Assembly (NCBI GenBank): GCA_040954595.2
Contig: CM082578.2
Coordinates: 9,967,519-10,031,518, forward strand
DNA length: 64,000 bases
Source: Balanoglossus misakiensis
Taxonomy: Eukaryota; Animalia; Hemichordata
Direction of reading: 5' to 3'
Shown here: positions 58,341 through 64,000 of the stretch, piece after piece
How the letters are laid out: each line of letters opens with the position of its first letter
Numbering within the stretch: the stretch's first letter is position 1
Program-made: the position numbers and the translations under genes
Notes under the pieces: model-generated
What the model saw: the letters and a program-made list of their open reading frames with translations, nothing else
What the model was told of the DNA's origin: nothing
Databases searched by the model: none

Positions 58341-60124
58341 TATGCATATTGAGATTAAGCCAATAGAAAGATGCACAGGCACCTTTGGACATTAAATAAC
58401 CCAGACACTTAATCATTATGTCTTTTAGAATGATACTTATAGCATGCTGAACGTACATCTCATAGGGGAGGAGAAACTGGAATTAGGAAATTCGTTAGTA
58501 GAACTTCCTTGGTTGATTTGAAAGTTATTATACAAGCAAATTATACATAGTATTGTGGTAATTTTAATAAGACTTGAAAGTTATGTGATTTACTTTTGAG
58601 TTTTTTTTTTCTTTTTTTAAACTTTGTACGGTATAACTTGTGACTTTTATACTTTGTACAAAATATTGTATATCGTCTAGCAAAGTACTGAAGACTATCT
58701 CAGTCTTGTAAGCATAAGTACATGTACCAGTTATTTCATATTGCGTTAGCAAGAAATACAGAAATGTCAGCTCGGTCAGCATTTCACTTGTTTCACCATC
58801 GTCGATCAGTGATGTGTTGGCCCAATTGAAATAAATAAAATTTAATTATAAGTTTGTTCAGAACACCTAATAGAACACCGACGTCATTTTGACTTCCGGG
58901 TTCGTTTTAGCTCTGAAAGTCAAAGGTCGGCAGGTCAAAATTAGAGTACGTCGGGTTGTGTTAGATAATGTCGTCTGCAAAATAAAAACGGAACATTTCA
59001 GTCGAAAGTGGTGCCAAGCGGAGGTGCCACGTATCGCCATGATGTTAGCATCCTGTAATGGCCACAAGTGTTGCCTGTTGCCAGCTTGTGGTTGTCATGG
59101 TAATCGCTGCTTCGAAAGCAGACAGTGCCATTTGCGCATATCACCACGTTGTCATTTTACGGTTGTCGGGTGTTATTCGTTTCGGCTCCGTTATAATCTG
59201 GGGCTTTATCACCATGGAGATAATGCTCTCTATATGCAGTTTCTATACCCTCTGAGCTACCGCAGTTTTCAGGTCGGCTGATTGTTGAAAGCATATATCA
59301 TTTTGAAACCTTTCCACACCAATTCTGTAAAGTACCTTAGTGCCATTCCAAAAGACTTAAACTGCTTGGCAAATGTTGCTTACGAAAGCGACAAAATCAA
59401 CGAAAATTGCTTTTTGTTGTGTTATATGTTGTGGCTTTTATTAGAAAGAGAAAAGACGTACTAGTAAGCCCGAGTTTATTGAACAAATGTAATTTTAATA
59501 ATATCATAATACGTGCCACCAACCCCTTAGCAATTCCCTAATCCTCTGATTTAGGTTATCCGTAAAATGTAAAAAAAATGATAAATGTCCACATTGTCAT
59601 TGAATTGATTTTGGCTTTCTCGGTGATTTCGGATCATCCTAGTTCTTCTGTCAAATATTCAGCTTAATACCTGATTGGAATATGATAGAGCTAGAGTGTT
59701 CACAGTAAGCGTATTAGGATATGTCTACTTCGATGGATGTACACGATTTCAATTACAAACGAAATACATGTATTAGTTCTTTTTGCTCCGGCAACCTCTC
59801 AGGCAACAGCTGCGTTTGACAGGGCACGTGATTGGTATTACCGGTAACCGATGTCGTTCGGCAAACCCGGTTTCCACACAAGTGCAAAGAGTCGTCCGCA
59901 AAGATTTGTGACCCCTGGTGAATTTGATTGCCGAAAATTTACGTTTACCAGCGTTCATAAGCTTAAACGCGGCTTGGAAATCCAAAGGACCTTGTCGGAA
60001 TTAACAGGGCGGGGGTAGGCTGGTACGATTATGGTAGATCACCTATACACTCACCGTTATGCGAAGGACCAGCCCTCCCCACATTTCAATTTTGTCCAGG
60101 CCCTTAGCTCGTATCTTTGTCAAA

Positions 60125-62998
60125 ATGATCAAAAGGCATTTTAGTTCTACCTTTCTGAGGAAGCTGTTGTTTGCCTTGATACTCGTTTCTGGACTGGTTT
60201 TGGTGGTAAGTTCCAGTTTCATCGTTATGCTTCTCTGGCATTTCCTTCAAACGATGCCTAATTTGTGTTGCTTCATCTGCCGTGCCCACGGTCCAACGGT
60301 TTCTCTTCGTACAGACAGGGCACGAATAACCACCACATGACATCATCATTTTTGTTTGCATGGTGAAGGTGTGCCGCCATCGGTGCGTGGCTAGCGTACC
60401 GGTGCGTGTCGTTTGCAAACAAATCACGTATAGTAAGTAGTTCAGGGTGACCATCGGTTGTTGATATGTGGGTACCTCTATAAAGGATTTACTTGTAAGA
60501 GACACCGGAGGGACACGTTATAAGATGTCCAACCGACTTGTAAAATGAACAGAAACTGTAGTTTTCATATATAGCAGAATGGCTGCCTGTTTCGGTTGTA
60601 AATTTAAAAAGTTCGATACTCGATTTGCAACGACCATCAGGTTTATGTCAGATGTGTTTGTGATCTGCATATTTCCCTTTTACATTGGAAACGGCCAATC
60701 CCAGGGCATCGACCAAAGGTTGCACAAAATTAAATCTCACTTGAACAAGACTATGAAGCACATACTTTTGCACCGGAATGACCATATTTGTGGCATATTC
60801 GAGAGATAGAACCAAATTATTCTACTTCAACTACTTTCCTAGTAAAATAGATAAAGCTGTTCCTGTTTTTGCTTTTTCCATTTTCCATTTCTCAGAGACG
60901 CCTTTTTCTCTTAAGGTACAATATCTTTAATTGTTGGTTATGTTTTTAACTCCGTCTACCATATGTGGGTTTCAGGTCAACTATTCGTCCCGGTCTGAGA
61001 AAATCCGTGTGTCCGTACCAACATTGAGGTCGTTCCAGTCAGTCGAGATTGACGATGCCATCGACAGAGGCAACGGGCATCACCATGCCTGGGACATTGC
61101 TTCGGGTAAAATCGGATCGATGGGACTGACGAGCGGAGAGGCGAGCAGCTACCACATACGCCAAAGCAAGGACGTCATATCTGCGGGACAGTTCGTTCAC
61201 TTCGTCGTTGAAGCCCGGGATTCGGCGGGGCGACACCGGCAGCGCGGCGGCGATCTCTGGGCGGCCAGGATGTTCAACAGAGACCGCGCGTTCGGTACCA
61301 TGGGCAAAGTGATCGACCACAAGAACGGCACGTACAGCGTGTACTTCTACGCCGGCGCGAAGGGCGAAATGGCAGTCGAGGTGAGCCTGCAGTTGCAACG
61401 CGAGGCGGTACGGTGGCTGGAAACGGAGTACCGACCCGTCGAGGGCAAAGTCCTCTGGAACGCCGTGTTCCAGGACGGCCCCAGACAAGAGACGAGCACG
61501 TGCTTCGTTCAACGAGAGGCATCTTGGGAAGATAAGTGTGAATACCCACACCCAACTTCACTTGGAGAAACCATTTTTCTGTGCGAACCACCCGACACAA
61601 TGACGTGTGATAAGTTGTCCATCATAACACGCAAAAAGGGCGTTAAAGTGAACGAGGAGTTCACCAGAAATAAGAGAACGCACGAGTATTTGTTTAAAAA
61701 GTAAGATCGACAGTTGCCATCATTATTAGTAGTAGTACAGCGTTGACTATCAGTTTTTCAAAGTACTAGAAGCGTTGAGACCTATGATACATGTTACTAA
61801 ATGGTACAGGTATGTACTGAAAAATGAAACCAATTAATACTTAGAGATATCGCATGCAGACACACTAACACGGGAAGAACATATTCGTAAACACGGATAT
61901 GTTTCCACTTTTTTTCATTTCAGGCCATTCGCACAAACAGAAATCAAAGGCGATACAGTCAGTCTTGAAGTTAAGGGTATGTATTACATGTACATGCCAT
62001 GTAGGTTTAAATGAAAGTTGGCCTGCTTATACACACAGACATACGTTGTGTAGATACAGTGAGCGTAAAGTTCTGTGCAGTAGACATGAAATACAGAATT
62101 ATAACGTCTTCATGGTGAGGTTAAGGTGCAAACGACCCAATCAGACCCCTCTCTCTTATCCTCTTCCTCCTCAGAAAGTTCGAAATCGCCTATGTATTCT
62201 TTGCCAAAATGTGCTCCGGGCCTGGCATCTCCACTGTCTGATGGTTACTGGTTGGACGGCAGGTGGCAGTCTCTGGTTTGCGACAATCAGGATTGGAGTA
62301 ACGCCGAGAAAGTCCAAACCTGCCTTCAGGGTAAAACCGTCGCGTTGATAGGAGACTCCACGACGAGAGAACTGTTCCAGATACTGATTGAATACATAGG
62401 TTATCCCATAGAGGTGAATGACGGCAATTGGAGGGATATAGTTGAGCCAATAGACGGTCTGTATGACGTCACCGGGGTGGAAACTTTGAACTACGTCTGG
62501 TCCCTTTATGATATTCCTCATGACATTAACCTGACGTTCCGTCATCACGCGTTGACGTTCCACCGCGAAATACCAATTTTACGGTTTCCTTTCGAGGTCG
62601 ACGTCATCGACAACTTGGGGCGCTCCTCGTGCAATCACGTGGTCCTGGTCAGCCTCTGGGCCCACTTCAGCGGCTGGACCCTGGAGAGCTTCGTCGACAG
62701 ACTCGTGGCTATCCGTTCCGCCCTCGCCCGCCTGAGACAGCGCTGCCCGGATACGGTCATTGTGATCAAGGGGCCGCACAACACAGGCGAGGCGGGCATG
62801 CAGTACTGGTTGATGTACGACATGATGCGGATCAAGCGGGACGTCTTCTCTGGCCTGTCCGTCAATTTCGTGGACGTCTGGGACTTGAACTCTGCTTACG
62901 CGGCCGCGTACGGCACGGACATGAGATTGCACATGCAAATCCCAGCCGTGCGTCAAGAACTAGAACTCATCCTTTCCTACATCTGCACGACAACCTAA
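60125..62998 (+). CDS. NXPE family protein (neurexophilin/PC-esterase domain; type II membrane SGNH-like acyltransferase/esterase), 4 exons, about 560 aa
   Basis: Exons 60125-60205 (N-terminal hydrophobic anchor KLLFALILVSGLVLV), 60976-61700, 61924-61976, 62175-62998 (TAA); phases compatible. Motifs ARDSAGRHRQRGGDLWAAR, GKVIDHKNGTYSVYF, CLQGKTVALIGDSTTR, VSLWAHF, PDTVIVIKG, VDVWDL. An in-frame upstream ATG at 60059 is an alternative start. Confidence 0.9.
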
Positions 62999-64000
62999 AA
63001 GTGCAAGGAGACGGTGCCGGCAAGGAGACGTGGTACAAAGCAAACTGACCACAGCAGAACATATGTTCCTGTAAAAGTTATGAAGAAAGCTGTCTTTTTC
63101 ATGTGCAATTTTGTGTAAACGAATTGTGTATAGTTGTGACACTTTGAAATAAACTCGCCATTTGAATTTTTCGTGTATTTTTCTGTATTCTAAGTCTTTG
63201 TAATATTCGCATCATGATGGAGACCACGGTGCATTGGAGTCTGCGCTAAAGGGACACCTGTCTGATACGCTCCCGTTTAATTTTAGAGAATCAGCTATTC
63301 GGCCTACACATCAGGTGCGCTCAGTCAGTACATGAGTCTGGTGGTTGTACGGCCTTGTCACAATCTACACCTTCCGTATTTCCATGATTTATTCAACGAT
63401 AATTGCCTCTAATCGTTATTAAATGCCGAATGGCGTCCGTCAAGAGCAATCATATTTTGTCCCGGGGGAAACCTTAAGTTTAATGGGACGTTTTGTTCAG
63501 AGACCGAAATTGGCAGTACACTCAAAACATTTGTTGATTACCAATTTTGTTAATTAATATGTTTATGCCATCTGACACTGTTACACAACTGTAGGGTATA
63601 ATGCGAGTCGAGGGACTGTGCTGAAAAGCACACTCATGAGATTCCTGTCGTTGCGGCGAGCATAGAATGTGTGGAGTAACTGCTTTCATATCACGTGGAT
63701 AACCAGTCGCCAGTTTCTCCAATGTTGTCCAGAAGGCTGAAGTAGGAATTCGTCAAAAATGTCGTCTGCGTCGGTTTGGGTAAGCATTGCTTTCTGACGG
63801 CGAAGTATTCTCGGACAAAAGTTAGTATCTGAAAAGTTTCCAGATAAACAACAAACGATAGGTTTGTCGACATCATGGAGGTACATGTACTAAGAGATGG
63901 TCGACATATTTAAATTTGTTCAAAGACGATGTACCATTTGTTATCAGAAAACTGAACAAAACCGCAAACGTAACGCTACCTTATATATATTTCGCTATTT

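Noticed and set aside
61039-62956. Long antisense and alternate-frame ORFs over NXPE exons (likewise 4030-4606 and 15015-15695 over aminopeptidase exons)
   Set aside because: Expected shadow ORFs of GC3-rich coding exons; no recognisable motifs.
63522-63886. Cluster of short ORFs near the right edge
   Set aside because: No recognisable domain or consistent splice structure.

Overview
Eukaryotic, intron-rich animal genomic DNA. Gene content and composition suggest a marine invertebrate, possibly a deuterostome, but that is inference. Five spliced protein-coding genes can be reconstructed by hand from GT-AG exon chains that stay in frame. (1) A minus-strand type II membrane M1 (aminopeptidase N-like) gene, 15629 to beyond position 1, appears to encode two M1 peptidase modules fused in one reading frame. 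(2) TSR1 (+, 20484-26959). (3) FAM185A-like (-, 31017-27815). (4) A full-length but divergent plexin (+, 35980-56951). (5) An NXPE/PC-esterase family gene (+, 60125-62998). The window also holds two copies of a TTAA-flanked MITE, one TA-flanked MITE and several microsatellites. The most interesting signal is the tandem double aminopeptidase: one 867-nt exon joins the end of module 1 to the start of module 2 with no stop codon, both modules keep GAMEN, HEXXH(X18)E and the catalytic Tyr, and module 2 differs at a specificity-related residue. All exon coordinates are manual predictions without transcript evidence.
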